From: Chloroflexota bacterium
GTDB taxonomy: Bacteria; Chloroflexota; Dehalococcoidia; Lucifugimonadales; UBA3495
Direction: 5' to 3'
Length of the DNA: 64,000 bases
NCBI GenBank assembly: GCA_027623675.1
Contig: JAQBVF010000005.1
Span: forward strand, 32,001-96,000
The notes under the pieces were generated by a model that saw nothing but the letters and a program-made list of their open reading frames with translations, did no database searches and had not been told where the DNA came from. Position 1 is the stretch's first letter; the number at the start of each line of letters is the position of its first letter. The position numbers and the translations under genes are program-made. Positions 38,801 through 48,642 of the stretch are shown here, piece after piece.

Positions 38801-40785
38801 TCTGCATACTCGATTCGGGGGGGCAGTTCGCGCGGATCGAGCATCAAGTGGGCGAGAGTAGTACGGACCGGGGGGTCGGCTCCCGCGTTCCAATCAAAGG
38901 CAGTCTCACCGGCGAAGTGGCCAAGACCCGGCGCACGGAGATCATACAAAACAAGACAGAGCAAGAATTGCAGGGGTCCTATCCCTACACCGTGAGGGGT
39001 TTTCAGGCCGGTATCCGGTCTTGGATGTGCACTCCTCTGATCAGCGGCGGCGACCTGCTCGGCGCCATGGTGATGCTTTCCAGGAGTGACAACAATTTCA
39101 CGATGGGCGACGCCGGCCTGGCCCAACGGGTGGGGAACCAGATCGCCGGGGCCATTGGAAGCGCCCAACTATATGCCGACCTGAAGCGGGCTGAGTCTGA
39201 CCTGGTCTTGAGCAACGATCAGAACCGGATGATTTTGGAGACGGCCCACGACGCGTTCATCGGCATGGATGAACGGGGCCAGGTGGTTGCCTGGAATTCA
39301 CAGGCGGAGGAGACCTTCGGCTGGCCCGTTGGACAGGCCTACCGCAAACGGCTTTCCGACCTGATCATCCCTGACCGGTTCGCGGCGCGCCACCTGGCCG
39401 GCATCAAGGAATTTCTGGCAACCGGCTCCGGCGAAATGCTGAACCGGCGCATCGAGATCGTCGCCAAGCACCGGGACGGGCACGAATTTCCGGTGGAGAT
39501 CACCATCTCTCCGTTGAAGACCGGCAACCGATATGTGTTTAACGCCTTTGTCAGGGACATCACCGACCGGAAAAACGCGGAAGAGGCATTGCAGCGGTCG
39601 GAAGAACGCTACCGCGCCATCTATAACAACGCGGCCAACGGCATCGGGACCCGGACCTTCGGCGGCGAGATCAAGGACCTAAATCCCGCGTTCTTGCAGA
39701 TGGTCGGCTATACGTTGGATGAGGTAAAAGCACTGGGACCCGGAGAATTGTTCGACGTCAAATATCAGGAGTTCGAAAAAGGGCTCTGGGAGCGCGCCCT
39801 GCGCGGTGAAGAGATCGAGCCATATGAGAAGGTCTACATCCGCAAAGACGGCACCGAAGTGGTTACGGAGGTCAGACCTAGCCTGGAATTGGACAACGAC
39901 GGCAACCCCATCGGTATCCTGGCTCTGTTCACTGACATCACGGACCGTATGCGCCTGGAGCAAGAGATCGAGCAGTACACCAGGAGCCTGGAGTTGGCCA
40001 ACGACCATCTGAAACAGCTTGACCGGATGAAAGACGATTTCATCTCAACGGTCTCCCACGAACTGCGCACCCCTCTAACATCGATCAAGGGCTCCGCCGA
40101 ATTGTTGCTGGCCTACGAGAACGAGGACCCCAAGGTGCAGTTGGAGTTCCTGAAGATTATCGATAGGGAAAGCGACCGCCTGACACGCCTGATCAATGAT
40201 GTTCTGGACCTTTCCCGGATGGAATCGCGGCAGATGCGTTGGGTCTGGTCGGAACTGGACTTTGGCGAAGTTGTGAACGAAGCGGTGTCCGGAACCCAGG
40301 CGTTGTCGATCCTGAAAGACCTGTCGGTGGATGTGGCGCTGGACCCCGAACTGCCGATGATCACCAGCGACCGCGACCGGTTGGTCCAGGTGATGAACAA
40401 CCTGCTGAGCAACGCCATCAAGTTCACCCCGCGAGGCGGGAAAATAACCGTCAGAGCCAAGAAAGCGGTTACCGACGAGTCTGACGGCCGGCAAGAGAAT
40501 CTTGAGGTCTGTATCTCGGACACCGGTATCGGTATCGACCGGTCAGACTACCACCAGATATTTGAAAAATTCAGACAGGTTGGCGATACGCTCTCCGACA
40601 AGCCCACCGGCACCGGCCTGGGCCTCCCGATCTGCAAAGAGATCGTCGAATATCTCGGCGGCAGGATCTGGGTGGAAAGCCTGCCTGGGGAGGGTAGTGA
40701 CTTCTTTTTCACCATGCCGGTATTAGCACGGGAGCACGTGCTGGCCCGGGAGACCGGGACCGCTGCCGCTGACTCATTCCCCTGA
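35833..40785 (+). CDS. Cytoplasmic sensor histidine kinase: PAS-5xGAF-PAS-PAS-HisKA-HATPase
   Basis: SHELRTPL H-box, NLLSNAIKF, DTGIGI, GTGLGL; PAS motifs HKDG/HRDG/RKDG...RDIT; start uncertain. Confidence 0.95.
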   Translation: MTARNSADDFPTGADLRPGRGNGKKPSAGPARKSPRRASDDSVGGPGSGAPNGFSSDLNQYVSRYARQDSQFKALVETGLDIVVVLNHDGSFRYLSPSVHRVIGYHPDELMGEIAFNHMQEDDASEQLELFTNVVSDKDRNTTGLPRSFRFRHKDGHWVVLEAVSTKLPEGSDPPGIVVNARDITERVQAQDAWREVADSDRRLVQETEVVAEVGRIVSSTLNVEEVFELCAAQVKRLIDFDVLAASVIDYSAQTTSIRYWSGPRRFRDDMDTTVPLMGTLTGDVMATGKPVLVHATSEQEMRRKFVHLAESFHGGVLSWLAIPMVNQAQVVGALLIFSSKPNAFSDVDIALAGRIGNQIAGAIHNTELFAGLKQVQSELVISAIERGEAASRNQVIAEIGRIISSTLNVAEVFELIAAQVKPLINFDMLAACVIDYSQQTTAVRYWSGAQIFGDSFASSVPLVGSVTGKVVDTGQPVLVQGLSEEEIIRDYIWIYESYGAGIRSWLGLPMVNRGEMIGALLWLSAEPVAFSDTDVALAGRISNQIAGAIDNAELFAGLKRAEAELAVSVVERSEAAAQNQVIAEIGRIISSTMDVDDVYQLFANQMRNLFDFDDLAICVVDREGGPGRIAHLTGNGLTGIVVGSEVPINGSLTGEVGTLKRSVVIQGLSEPEIEKRLPFIVVSYRAGTRSWLCAPLINGGEFIGSVLMFSRDETAFNERDADLAQRVGNQIAGAVGGTRLFSDLKQAESELAISVVERSQAAAQNEVIAEIGRIISSTLDIDEVYDAFAAQVRKLISFDVLCVSVVEPDGGSLRVAHRVGNNLLGKTVGAPVPFEGSITGEVVRRKGAAIVQGMSKGELLERFPEVTATYQSGVRSWLCVPLLNRGEFVGTLLVLSTKRNAFDDHDADLAQRVGNQISGAVGGAELFAELKQAESKLAASAAERGEAASQNEAIAEIGRIIGSSLEIEDVYQPFADLVRNLIDCDVLAICILDSGGQFARIEHQVGESSTDRGVGSRVPIKGSLTGEVAKTRRTEIIQNKTEQELQGSYPYTVRGFQAGIRSWMCTPLISGGDLLGAMVMLSRSDNNFTMGDAGLAQRVGNQIAGAIGSAQLYADLKRAESDLVLSNDQNRMILETAHDAFIGMDERGQVVAWNSQAEETFGWPVGQAYRKRLSDLIIPDRFAARHLAGIKEFLATGSGEMLNRRIEIVAKHRDGHEFPVEITISPLKTGNRYVFNAFVRDITDRKNAEEALQRSEERYRAIYNNAANGIGTRTFGGEIKDLNPAFLQMVGYTLDEVKALGPGELFDVKYQEFEKGLWERALRGEEIEPYEKVYIRKDGTEVVTEVRPSLELDNDGNPIGILALFTDITDRMRLEQEIEQYTRSLELANDHLKQLDRMKDDFISTVSHELRTPLTSIKGSAELLLAYENEDPKVQLEFLKIIDRESDRLTRLINDVLDLSRMESRQMRWVWSELDFGEVVNEAVSGTQALSILKDLSVDVALDPELPMITSDRDRLVQVMNNLLSNAIKFTPRGGKITVRAKKAVTDESDGRQENLEVCISDTGIGIDRSDYHQIFEKFRQVGDTLSDKPTGTGLGLPICKEIVEYLGGRIWVESLPGEGSDFFFTMPVLAREHVLARETGTAAADSFP
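36466..39255 (+). repeat. Five internal GAF-coding repeats with an exact 558-bp period
   Basis: AE(V/I)GRI motif starts at 36466, 37024, 37582, 38140, 38698. Confidence 0.92.
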
Positions 40786-40842
40786 CCGGTATTTAGTCGC
40801 CGCTGGGCGGCTGGCCCTTGTGATTCGCCGTTACGCCGCCTA

Positions 40843-42015
40843 CTAACCGCTGATCAGGTCCAGGTATTTGTAGCCGGAACCGGTGTTGAAAAGCACCACC
40901 GACTCATTGGGGTCCAGGAACTTCTGCTCCAGCAGGTGCTTCAGTCCAACCAAGGTCGCAGCGCCCTCCGGGGCCGGGAAGATGCCTTCAGCGGAGGCCA
41001 TCTCGTACATGGCGCCAATCATCTCCTGGTCCGTCACCGCCAGGGCAGTACCGCCGGTCTCCCGGATGGCCTCCAAGATCAGATAGTCGGCGAAGGGATG
41101 GGGCACCCGAAGACCGTCGGCCTTGGTCGTGGCGTTCTCCCACAACTCCGACGTGGCCGCCCCGTCATTGAAAGCCCTGACGATGGGTTGGCAGCCCTCG
41201 GCCTGAACTGAAATGAACTTGGGCTGCTTTCCCTCGATCCAGCCCAGCTCCAGCAGCTCTTTGAATCCCTTGTACATGCCGATGATTCCGGTTCCGCCGC
41301 CGGTGGGATAGATCACGGCGTCGGGCATCTTCCAACCAAGCTGCTGGACCATCTCCAGGCCCATCGACTTCTTGCCCTCGGCGCGGTAGGGCTCCTTCAG
41401 CGTCGAAAGGTCGAACAGCCCCAGTTCCTTGGCCACGGCCACCGCCTCGCGTCCGGCGTCATTGATGAGACCGGCAACCAGGTTAAGATCCGCCCCCGCC
41501 ACCAGGGTCTCTTTCTTGTTGGCGGCTGGGGCGTCCTGGGGCATGAACACCTTGGTTACCAAGCCGGCCCTGGCGCCATACGCGGCTGCCGCCCCGGCGG
41601 CGTTGCCGGCCGATGGCATGGTGAAGCCGTTCACCTTCAATTCAACCGCTTTGGATATCGCCGCGGAGACGCCCCTGGCCTTGAAGGTGCCGGTGGGGTT
41701 GAGTCCCTCTTCCTTGATGTAGAGGTTCGTCATCCCCAGCTTTTTGGCCAGGTTGAACGTCTTGATCAGAGGGGTGCCGCCCTCGCCAAGGGTAACGATA
41801 TCGGCCGGGTCGTTAACCGGCAGCAATTCGGCGTAACGCCACATCGTGTCAGGACGGCAGACCAGACTGTCGCGGTCGACCTCGCGGCCCAACTTGGCCA
41901 GGTCGTAGCGGGCGAACAATACCTTTTCACAGCAGGGGCTGACGCCGATCAGCTGATCGTGGGGGTAGCTTTTGCCGCAGACGGTGCATTCCAGATGGCT
42001 GATGTAGCTGGTCAT
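40843..42015 (-). CDS. thrC: Threonine synthase
   Basis: TLGEGGTPL, K.EG.NPTGTFKARG, SAGNA, YPTGGGTG, PEGAA, FNTG.G.KY. Confidence 0.9.
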   Translation of the reverse strand: MTSYISHLECTVCGKSYPHDQLIGVSPCCEKVLFARYDLAKLGREVDRDSLVCRPDTMWRYAELLPVNDPADIVTLGEGGTPLIKTFNLAKKLGMTNLYIKEEGLNPTGTFKARGVSAAISKAVELKVNGFTMPSAGNAAGAAAAYGARAGLVTKVFMPQDAPAANKKETLVAGADLNLVAGLINDAGREAVAVAKELGLFDLSTLKEPYRAEGKKSMGLEMVQQLGWKMPDAVIYPTGGGTGIIGMYKGFKELLELGWIEGKQPKFISVQAEGCQPIVRAFNDGAATSELWENATTKADGLRVPHPFADYLILEAIRETGGTALAVTDQEMIGAMYEMASAEGIFPAPEGAATLVGLKHLLEQKFLDPNESVVLFNTGSGYKYLDLISG

Positions 42016-42290
42016 GTGGTCCTGACTCTCCTTTAGGTGTGACGCCTAGGTGTGACGCCGGAATGTGACCGGAATATTGCCGGGATGTGGCGCGGATGTG
42101 GCCGGGGTCAGATTCCAGGTTGCCCATACTATACGACAGAACCCATGCGTATGGCAGGGCGTCGCCGACTCAGCAGGCAACGGCGGGCCGGACGCTTGCC
42201 ACCGGGCCGGTGTTTCAGTAATATGCCACTGCGATAATCCCCACCCGGCGGGGCCTGCATCGTGCTTCAGTCATTCATCGGGAGAGAGCT

Positions 42291-43214
42291 ATGAAACTGG
42301 TATTCTTCGACGACTTCAAACTGGGCGTGGTCAAAGATGAAACGGTGGTCGATGTCTCGGGGGCGGTCAGCCGGATCACCCACACCTCGCCTCAGGACCT
42401 GATCAACCAGGTGATCGAGAACTTCTCCCGGCACCGTTCCGCCCTGCAAAAGGCGGCGGACAGCGGACCGGGCAAACCGATCGACCAGGTGCGGCTGCGC
42501 TCCCCTCTGCCCAAGCCCCCGAACATCATCTGCATGGCGGTTAACTACATGGAGGACGGCACCCGGGAAGAGCCGGCGCCCATCAACGCTTTCCAGAAAT
42601 CGCCCAACGCGGTGATCGGCGATGGCGACACCATGATTCTGCCGGACATCCCGGCCTCCATCTTCGAGGGCGAGGCCGAGATAGCCTTGGTCATCGGCAA
42701 GAAGGCAAAGAATGTTAAACCCGAAGACGCCTACGACTACATATTCGGCTATATGAATTTCATCGACGGTTCGGCCCGTGGCTTGCAGGCCGGCGGCAAC
42801 ACGTTCTACCAGATGAAGTCCCGGGACACCTTCGCGCCCATGGGCCCCTATCTGGTCACCGCCGATGAGATTGAGGACCCGCAGAATCTAGCCATCAATC
42901 TCTGGGTCAATGAAGACCTGAAACAGTCGTTCAACACCGACGACATGGCCCACAAGATACCCAGGATCATGGAGTGGGTTACCTCGATCCACGAGCTCGA
43001 ACCCGGCGATGTCATTGCCACCGGGACCAATCACCGTGGCCTGAGCGCGCTGCAGGACGGAGACAAGATCGAGCTGGAGGTGCAGGGCCTGGGCGTTTTG
43101 CATTTCAGCACTCGAGACGACCTGAAGCGCACCTGGGCCAGGACCACCCGCCTGGAGATGGCCGAGCAGGGCAAAGAGGGCACCACGCCCCAGTTGACCG
43201 GCAAGTACTCCTAA
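42291..43214 (+). CDS. Fumarylacetoacetate hydrolase family protein
   Basis: IICMAVNY, E.EIALVIGK, D.SAR, K..DTFAPMGP, LEPGDVIATGT. Confidence 0.93.
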   Translation: MKLVFFDDFKLGVVKDETVVDVSGAVSRITHTSPQDLINQVIENFSRHRSALQKAADSGPGKPIDQVRLRSPLPKPPNIICMAVNYMEDGTREEPAPINAFQKSPNAVIGDGDTMILPDIPASIFEGEAEIALVIGKKAKNVKPEDAYDYIFGYMNFIDGSARGLQAGGNTFYQMKSRDTFAPMGPYLVTADEIEDPQNLAINLWVNEDLKQSFNTDDMAHKIPRIMEWVTSIHELEPGDVIATGTNHRGLSALQDGDKIELEVQGLGVLHFSTRDDLKRTWARTTRLEMAEQGKEGTTPQLTGKYS

Positions 43215-43236
43215 GCAGACCCGCAACAAGGCGAAT

Positions 43237-43266
43237 AACCCTGCCACTAGGCGGGGTTTTTCTATT
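43237..43266 (+). terminator. Probable intrinsic terminator
   Basis: AACCCTGCC-ACTA-GGCGGGGTT-TTT. Confidence 0.6.
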
Positions 43267-43352
43267 TCTGGACTTCGAATAAAAAACCCGGTGGCGGCGA
43301 TGTATAATCACCTTTCTTTTCCGGGCCACAGACAACCAACAGGAGCGGTCTC

Positions 43353-43595
43353 ATGGCTGAAGACAACAGGCCCCCGATATCCCCCGCGATATCCCCCACG
43401 ATATCCCCCACGATATCCCCCCCGATATCCATGGAAGAGTTCAGGTTCATGGCCGGCCGGGCTGGGCTTGGCATGGACCAGGCTGAACTGGACCACCTGA
43501 AACCCATCTATGAACTGTACCTGCAATACACCGCTCAGATGCACTCCATCGAGTTCGGACCCGAGGAGATGGTGGTGGAGTTTCATCCCGACTGA
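43353..43595 (+). CDS. Small protein upstream of the amidase (GatC/AtzG-like?), N-terminal PxIS x5 repeat
   Basis: AGGAG RBS; A..AGL......L..L pattern; 12-bp tandem units at 43371-43430. Confidence 0.7.
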   Translation: MAEDNRPPISPAISPTISPTISPPISMEEFRFMAGRAGLGMDQAELDHLKPIYELYLQYTAQMHSIEFGPEEMVVEFHPD

Positions 43596-43650
43596 TGCCG
43601 GACCGGCGGCAATTTGGTCCTAACTTATTATCGATAATGGCGGTGGAGAA

Positions 43651-45057
43651 ATGGCGACGGTAGACAAGAACCTGCACCACCTGACGATCCATGAGGCTGG
43701 GAAGCTGTTGAAGAACGGCGAGCTGTCCCCGGTGGAGTTGACCCAGGCATTCTTCAACCGGATCGCGGACACCGAAGACCGGCTGCATTCGTTCATCACC
43801 CTGCTCCCGGACCAAGCTATGGCCGATGCCAGGAACGCCGAGGCGGAGATTCGCAGCGGCCGTTACAAAGGGCCCCTCCACGGCATCCCCATCGCGCTGA
43901 AAGACCTTTACGATACGGCGGGTGTCCGGACCACATCCGGTTCGCGAGTCGACTTCGACCGCGTCCCCACCGCCGACTCCACGCCAACGGCCCGGCTGAA
44001 AGAGGCCGGGGCCATACTGCTGGGCAAGCTGACCATGCACGAATTCGCCTTGGGCGGCCCCGACTGGACCACTCCATTCGAGCCGGCCAGGAACCCCTGG
44101 AACCTGGACCACATCACCGGCGGCTCTAGCAGCGGGTCAGCCTCCGCCGTCTCCTCCGGACAGGCCATGGGCGCGCTGGGGTCTTGCACCGGCGGGTCCA
44201 TCCGCGGCCCGGCATCTCTCTGCGGCATCGTCGGGTTGAAGCCCACCTACGGCCGGGTCAGCCGCTCGGGCGTGGTTACCCTTAGTTGGTCCCAGGACCA
44301 CGTAGGCCCCATGACCTGGACAGTGGAAGACAGCGCCTACATGCTGCAGGCCATCGCCGGTCACGACCCCAAAGACCCCACCAGCAGCCGCGCGCCGGTG
44401 CCTGATTATTCGGCCTCGCTGCGTGAGGGGCTAAAGGGCAAGATCATCGGACTGCCCCGTCACTATTTCTTCGACGCCGACCCTAGCGTGAACCCGGAGG
44501 TGGTGGCGGTTGTCGAAAAGGCGGTGGCCGAACTGGAGTCACTGGGCGCCAGGATCGAGGAAGTGGAACTGCCCAGTCTGGACTACGTCCGCGCCGCCAA
44601 CACCATAATCATGGTCAGCGAGGCCTACGCCTTTCACGAGCCAAACTTGAAAACGCGGCCCCAGGACTTCGGCGAGATCGTGCGGGCCCGGTTCCGGATC
44701 GGCGGCATGCTCAGCGCCGCCGACTACCTGCAGGCCCAGCGCTGCCGCCAATGGAGCAAGCGCGAGTTCGCGGCGGCCCTGCGCAAGGTGGACCTGTTCG
44801 TGACCCCGACCATGACCCAGCCAGCCGCTGCTTTCGAGGGCTACGACCCAATCGACACCATCCGTGGCCGAAGTTTCACCGCGCCGTTCAACGTTACCGG
44901 TCTGCCGGCCATATCAGTGCCCTGCGGCTTTACCGAGGCGGGGCTGCCGGTGGGCATGCAGATCGCCGGTAAACCCTTCGACGAACCCAGCGTCATCCAG
45001 GCGGCCTTTGCTTATCAGCAGCACGCCCGCTGGTACGAGCAGCGCCCGAATATCTAA
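43651..45057 (+). CDS. Amidase signature family protein (GatA-like)
   Basis: GPLHGIPIALKD, GGSSSGSA, G-S-C-TGGSIR.P, GLKPTYGRVSR. Confidence 0.95.
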   Translation: MATVDKNLHHLTIHEAGKLLKNGELSPVELTQAFFNRIADTEDRLHSFITLLPDQAMADARNAEAEIRSGRYKGPLHGIPIALKDLYDTAGVRTTSGSRVDFDRVPTADSTPTARLKEAGAILLGKLTMHEFALGGPDWTTPFEPARNPWNLDHITGGSSSGSASAVSSGQAMGALGSCTGGSIRGPASLCGIVGLKPTYGRVSRSGVVTLSWSQDHVGPMTWTVEDSAYMLQAIAGHDPKDPTSSRAPVPDYSASLREGLKGKIIGLPRHYFFDADPSVNPEVVAVVEKAVAELESLGARIEEVELPSLDYVRAANTIIMVSEAYAFHEPNLKTRPQDFGEIVRARFRIGGMLSAADYLQAQRCRQWSKREFAAALRKVDLFVTPTMTQPAAAFEGYDPIDTIRGRSFTAPFNVTGLPAISVPCGFTEAGLPVGMQIAGKPFDEPSVIQAAFAYQQHARWYEQRPNI

Positions 45058-45216
45058 CCCCGGAGTTGGTCTGGCAAAAGCTGCTGGACATCCAGAGATT
45101 ACATAACGTGGAAGAGATCATCGTTGTCACGGCGATTAACGACTTTCAGAAGCGGCTCCGGTCGTATGAACTGTTGAGCCAGGTCGCAGCCAAAGCACAG
45201 AAAGGCGGAAAGCAAC

Positions 45217-46566
45217 ATGAGTGAGCGCAAGATGCGGTTGGGCGCATTTCTTTCGGGCAGCGGCGGGAACATGGCTTCCTGGCGGCACCCGACTTCGGTG
45301 CCCGACGGCGCGGTGAATCTGGAATACTATAAGACCATGACCCTGAAGGCCGAGGACGCCAAGTTGGACTTTGTCTTCTTCGGCGACGGGCTCTACATCA
45401 GCGAGAAGTCTCACCCCAACTTCCTGAACCGCTTCGAGCCGCTGACCCTGCTGGCCGCGCTGTCCCAGGTCACCACCAAGATCGGACTCGCCGCCACGCT
45501 TTCCACTACCTACAGCGACCCCTACACCGTGGCCCGGCAGTTCTCGTCCATCGACCATCTGAGCAACGGGCGGGCCGGCTGGAACATCGTGACGTCGCCC
45601 CTCGAGGGTTCCGCGGCCAACTACAGCAAGCCCGAGCATCCCCAGCACGACCTGCGTTACCGCATGGCGGGTGAGTTCGTGGAGATCACCAAGGGCTTAT
45701 GGGACTCCTGGGAGGATGACGCCTTCATCCGCGATAAAAAGTCAGGGGTTTTCATCGACCCTAAGAAGCTGCACCGGTTGGACCATGTGGGAGAGTTCTA
45801 TTCCGTGCAGGGCCCGTTGAACATATCCCGCTCCAAACAGGGCCGGCCCATATTGATACAAGCCGGTTCGTCGGAATCGGGGCGGGGTTTCGCGGCCACC
45901 GTCGCCGATGCCATCTTCACCGGCCAGGCGACCAGCGCCGATGCCACCGGGTTCTACCAAGACATCAAGCAGCGGGCGGCCAACGCGGGACGTGATCCCG
46001 GAGAAGTGCTGATCCTGCCCGGGTGCTCGCCCATCGTCGGCGCCACGCCGGAGGAGGCTGAGGCCAAGTACCAGGAGATCGCCAACCTGGTGGTCATCGA
46101 GGATGCCCTCAACTACCTGGGCCGGTACTTCAACGACATGGACTTCTCGCCCTACGAGTTGGACGGCCCATTCCCCGACCTGGGCGACTTCGGACGAAAC
46201 GGCTGGGAGAGCACCACGGACCGGATCAAGCAGTTGGCCAAGGACGAGAACCTGACCCTGCGGGAGATGGCCATCCGCTCCACCACTCCCAGGAACGAGT
46301 TCATCGGCACGCCGGCCCAGGTGGCCGACACGATGCAAGCCTGGTTCGAGGGAGGCTCGGCTGACGGCTTCATGCTGGTCCCCAGCGTGTTGCCCCAGGG
46401 CCTCAACGATTTCGTGGACCAGGTGCTGCCCATCCTGAAGGACCGGGGCCTGTTCCGCACCGAGTACGAGGCCGACACCCTGCGCGGCAACCTGGGTCTG
46501 CCCAAGCCGGAGAACCGGTATGCCAAGAAAGCCAACGCGCGGGATGCCGGGGTAAGAAGCTCCTGA
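45217..46566 (+). CDS. NtaA/DszA/SoxA-family FMN-dependent monooxygenase (LLM)
   Basis: [49 protein letters not shown]. Confidence 0.94.
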   Translation: MSERKMRLGAFLSGSGGNMASWRHPTSVPDGAVNLEYYKTMTLKAEDAKLDFVFFGDGLYISEKSHPNFLNRFEPLTLLAALSQVTTKIGLAATLSTTYSDPYTVARQFSSIDHLSNGRAGWNIVTSPLEGSAANYSKPEHPQHDLRYRMAGEFVEITKGLWDSWEDDAFIRDKKSGVFIDPKKLHRLDHVGEFYSVQGPLNISRSKQGRPILIQAGSSESGRGFAATVADAIFTGQATSADATGFYQDIKQRAANAGRDPGEVLILPGCSPIVGATPEEAEAKYQEIANLVVIEDALNYLGRYFNDMDFSPYELDGPFPDLGDFGRNGWESTTDRIKQLAKDENLTLREMAIRSTTPRNEFIGTPAQVADTMQAWFEGGSADGFMLVPSVLPQGLNDFVDQVLPILKDRGLFRTEYEADTLRGNLGLPKPENRYAKKANARDAGVRSS

Positions 46567-46589
46567 AGATATTGCACTTCGGCCTGGGT

Positions 46590-46657
46590 GGTCCCTCGAC
46601 AGGCTCAGGATGAGCGGATGGAGGAGGACGGTCCCTCGACGGGCTCAAGATGAGCGG
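46590..46657 (+). repeat. Two REP-like units GGTCCCTCGAC(A/G)GGCTCA(G/A)GATGAGCGG
   Basis: 46590-46617 and 46630-46657; related copies at 56756-56785 (reverse) and 56835-56859. Confidence 0.8.
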
Positions 46658-46749
46658 GACGAGTGGACGACGAAAGCGAAACGTTCGTGGTGTCCTTCCG
46701 CGGAAGGACGTTGGGTCAACGGGCACGAGTAAAACGAGGAGACATAACC

Positions 46750-47328
46750 TTGCCAACGTTATTGGGGATCCACGGCACGGTGACCAGCCCGGGCCGTTTG
46801 CACCAGGCCCTGGAGATGGCCTTGGCTGCCGCGTCGGCCAGCGACCCTTCGGTGACGGCCGGGTTGCTCCATCTGGGCGGCCACCAGATATCCTTCGCCG
46901 ATGGACGCCCGCCGGAGGCCTACGGTGACGACACCCAGAAGGTGTTGGAGCAGGTGATGGCCGCAGACATGTACCTGATCGCCACTCCCATCTTCCGTGC
47001 ATCTTTCACCGGCGCGCTGAAGAACCTGCTGGACCATGTCCCCGTTGAGGGGCTGATGGGCAAGGCGTGCGGACTCATTGGCATGGGCGCCACCGACCAT
47101 CACTACCTGACTGTGGACACCCAACTCAGGCCGGTGTTGGCCTGGTTCGGGGCGCACCTGGTGCCCGGTGGTGTCTACCTCCAATCGCAGCACTTCCAAG
47201 ACGGCAAGCTGGCCGACCCCAAAGCTATCGCTGCGCTGGAGTCCCTGGGACGCGCAGTTGTGTCGTTGCACAAAGCTGCGTCGTCCAACAGCGAATCAGC
47301 CGGCCCTTCGCCCTTGGCAGCCGGATAG
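46750..47328 (+). CDS. NAD(P)H-dependent FMN reductase (SsuE/MsuE-like)
   Basis: ATPIFRASFTGALKNLLD, HYL.VD.QLRP; TTG start after GAGGAG. Confidence 0.9.
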   Translation: MPTLLGIHGTVTSPGRLHQALEMALAAASASDPSVTAGLLHLGGHQISFADGRPPEAYGDDTQKVLEQVMAADMYLIATPIFRASFTGALKNLLDHVPVEGLMGKACGLIGMGATDHHYLTVDTQLRPVLAWFGAHLVPGGVYLQSQHFQDGKLADPKAIAALESLGRAVVSLHKAASSNSESAGPSPLAAG

Positions 47329-47340
47329 CCGGAAGCCGTT

Positions 47341-48072
47341 TTGAAGTCCATCGACACCACCCTATTCCTGGAGACCCAGGCCGAGTCGGGAGAGCTTGTA
47401 CCCTACGGGGTCCCAATCACCGCCTACCCCACAAGCTCGGGAGCTATCTTGGTCAACACTCCCGGATCGGGGGAGCTGAAGGACGGTCGCGAAGACCGTT
47501 GGCGGAACCTGGGCCTGCACCTACAGGAGCGGGGCTTGGCGTCCCTGGTGACCTACAACGCGCCCCGACCGGATTTCCAGGTCCAGTTGGAATGGGAGCC
47601 GTACTCGTATCGGGGCGCCAGTTGGAATAAGCTGCTCATCGAGAGTCTGTGCCACACCATAGACTGGTCATTGGAGAATGCGGTCCGATTGAGCGGGACT
47701 GAGTCCCCGGAGATATTCCTGATGGGATTCTCCTCCGGCGGCTCGGCGGTCGGGGCCGTGGCCCACCGGTATCCCAGCGTCCGGCGGATACTATTGCTCT
47801 CCACCTACGACAGCGTGGGAGAGCCGTTCTATGAAGGGGTCTCGGCCTTCACCGGAGACATCTACCTGGTCTACGGCGACGAAGACCCCATGGCCGGCTG
47901 GTTGGCCCGCATATTGCGCACTGGGAAGTTGGCCGCCCGGTCTTTCTTGATCAGGGAGGCTCCCCAATGCGGCCACCGCTTCGACGGCGAGGCAAACACC
48001 CAACTGCTCACCCAGGCCGTTCACTGGGCCTTCGAAGGCGATAATAGTCAGCCCATAAATGCGAATCACTAG
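47341..48072 (+). CDS. Putative alpha/beta hydrolase
   Basis: GFSSGG nucleophile elbow, YGDEDP, GHRF. Confidence 0.7.
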   Translation: MKSIDTTLFLETQAESGELVPYGVPITAYPTSSGAILVNTPGSGELKDGREDRWRNLGLHLQERGLASLVTYNAPRPDFQVQLEWEPYSYRGASWNKLLIESLCHTIDWSLENAVRLSGTESPEIFLMGFSSGGSAVGAVAHRYPSVRRILLLSTYDSVGEPFYEGVSAFTGDIYLVYGDEDPMAGWLARILRTGKLAARSFLIREAPQCGHRFDGEANTQLLTQAVHWAFEGDNSQPINANH

Positions 48073-48102
48073 CCGCTAGATCACAAAACGAGGAGAGAAA
48101 CG

Positions 48103-48642
48103 ATGCCAAGAGCGACAGTTTATCTGGGAGACCCCGCCGGCCAGGCGCTGGTCAAGGGGACCTGGAAGTACGCCCGGGGTTACGTGCCCGGCCAGCCCAA
48201 CGAGGGTCTGGTGGAGCAGACTGAAGGCAGCCCGGCCCGGCTGGCCGATTACGACGACTCAGGTTGGGAGGTCTGCCACGACCTGGCCGAGCGCATGTCC
48301 CACGGGTTCAGCTTCATGTGGTACCGGATCAAGATCACCCTCCCCGACGAGGTGGACGGAAACCCCGTGGCGGGAGTGCGGGTGCAGTTCGAGACCTGCA
48401 TCGACGATTACGGCGAGATCTGGATCAACGGCGAATGCAACCGGGACCGGGGCGTCATTCAGGGATTCAATGTCCCCCAACGGGTGCTGCTCAGCGACAG
48501 CGCCGTGCCCGGCTCCCAGCACACCATCGCGCTACTCGCGGCCAACGGCCCGCTGGCCGCCCCCGGCGGCACGGTCTTCTGCCGCTACGCCAACCTTGGA
48601 TTCGAGTGGACGGGGAGCAAGAGCAGGCCGAACGGCCCTTAA
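48103..48642 (+). CDS. Hypothetical protein with galactose-binding-like (jelly-roll) features
   Basis: YDDSGW, WYR..I.LP, DDYGEIWING; GAGGAG RBS. Confidence 0.75.
   Translation: MPRATVYLGDPAGQALVKGTWKYARGYVPGQPNEGLVEQTEGSPARLADYDDSGWEVCHDLAERMSHGFSFMWYRIKITLPDEVDGNPVAGVRVQFETCIDDYGEIWINGECNRDRGVIQGFNVPQRVLLSDSAVPGSQHTIALLAANGPLAAPGGTVFCRYANLGFEWTGSKSRPNGP

Noticed and set aside
43651..45057. Housekeeping gatCA(B) operon
   Set aside because: No gatB follows, and motifs (MHEFA.G, GSCTGG) fit a catabolic amidase paralogue better
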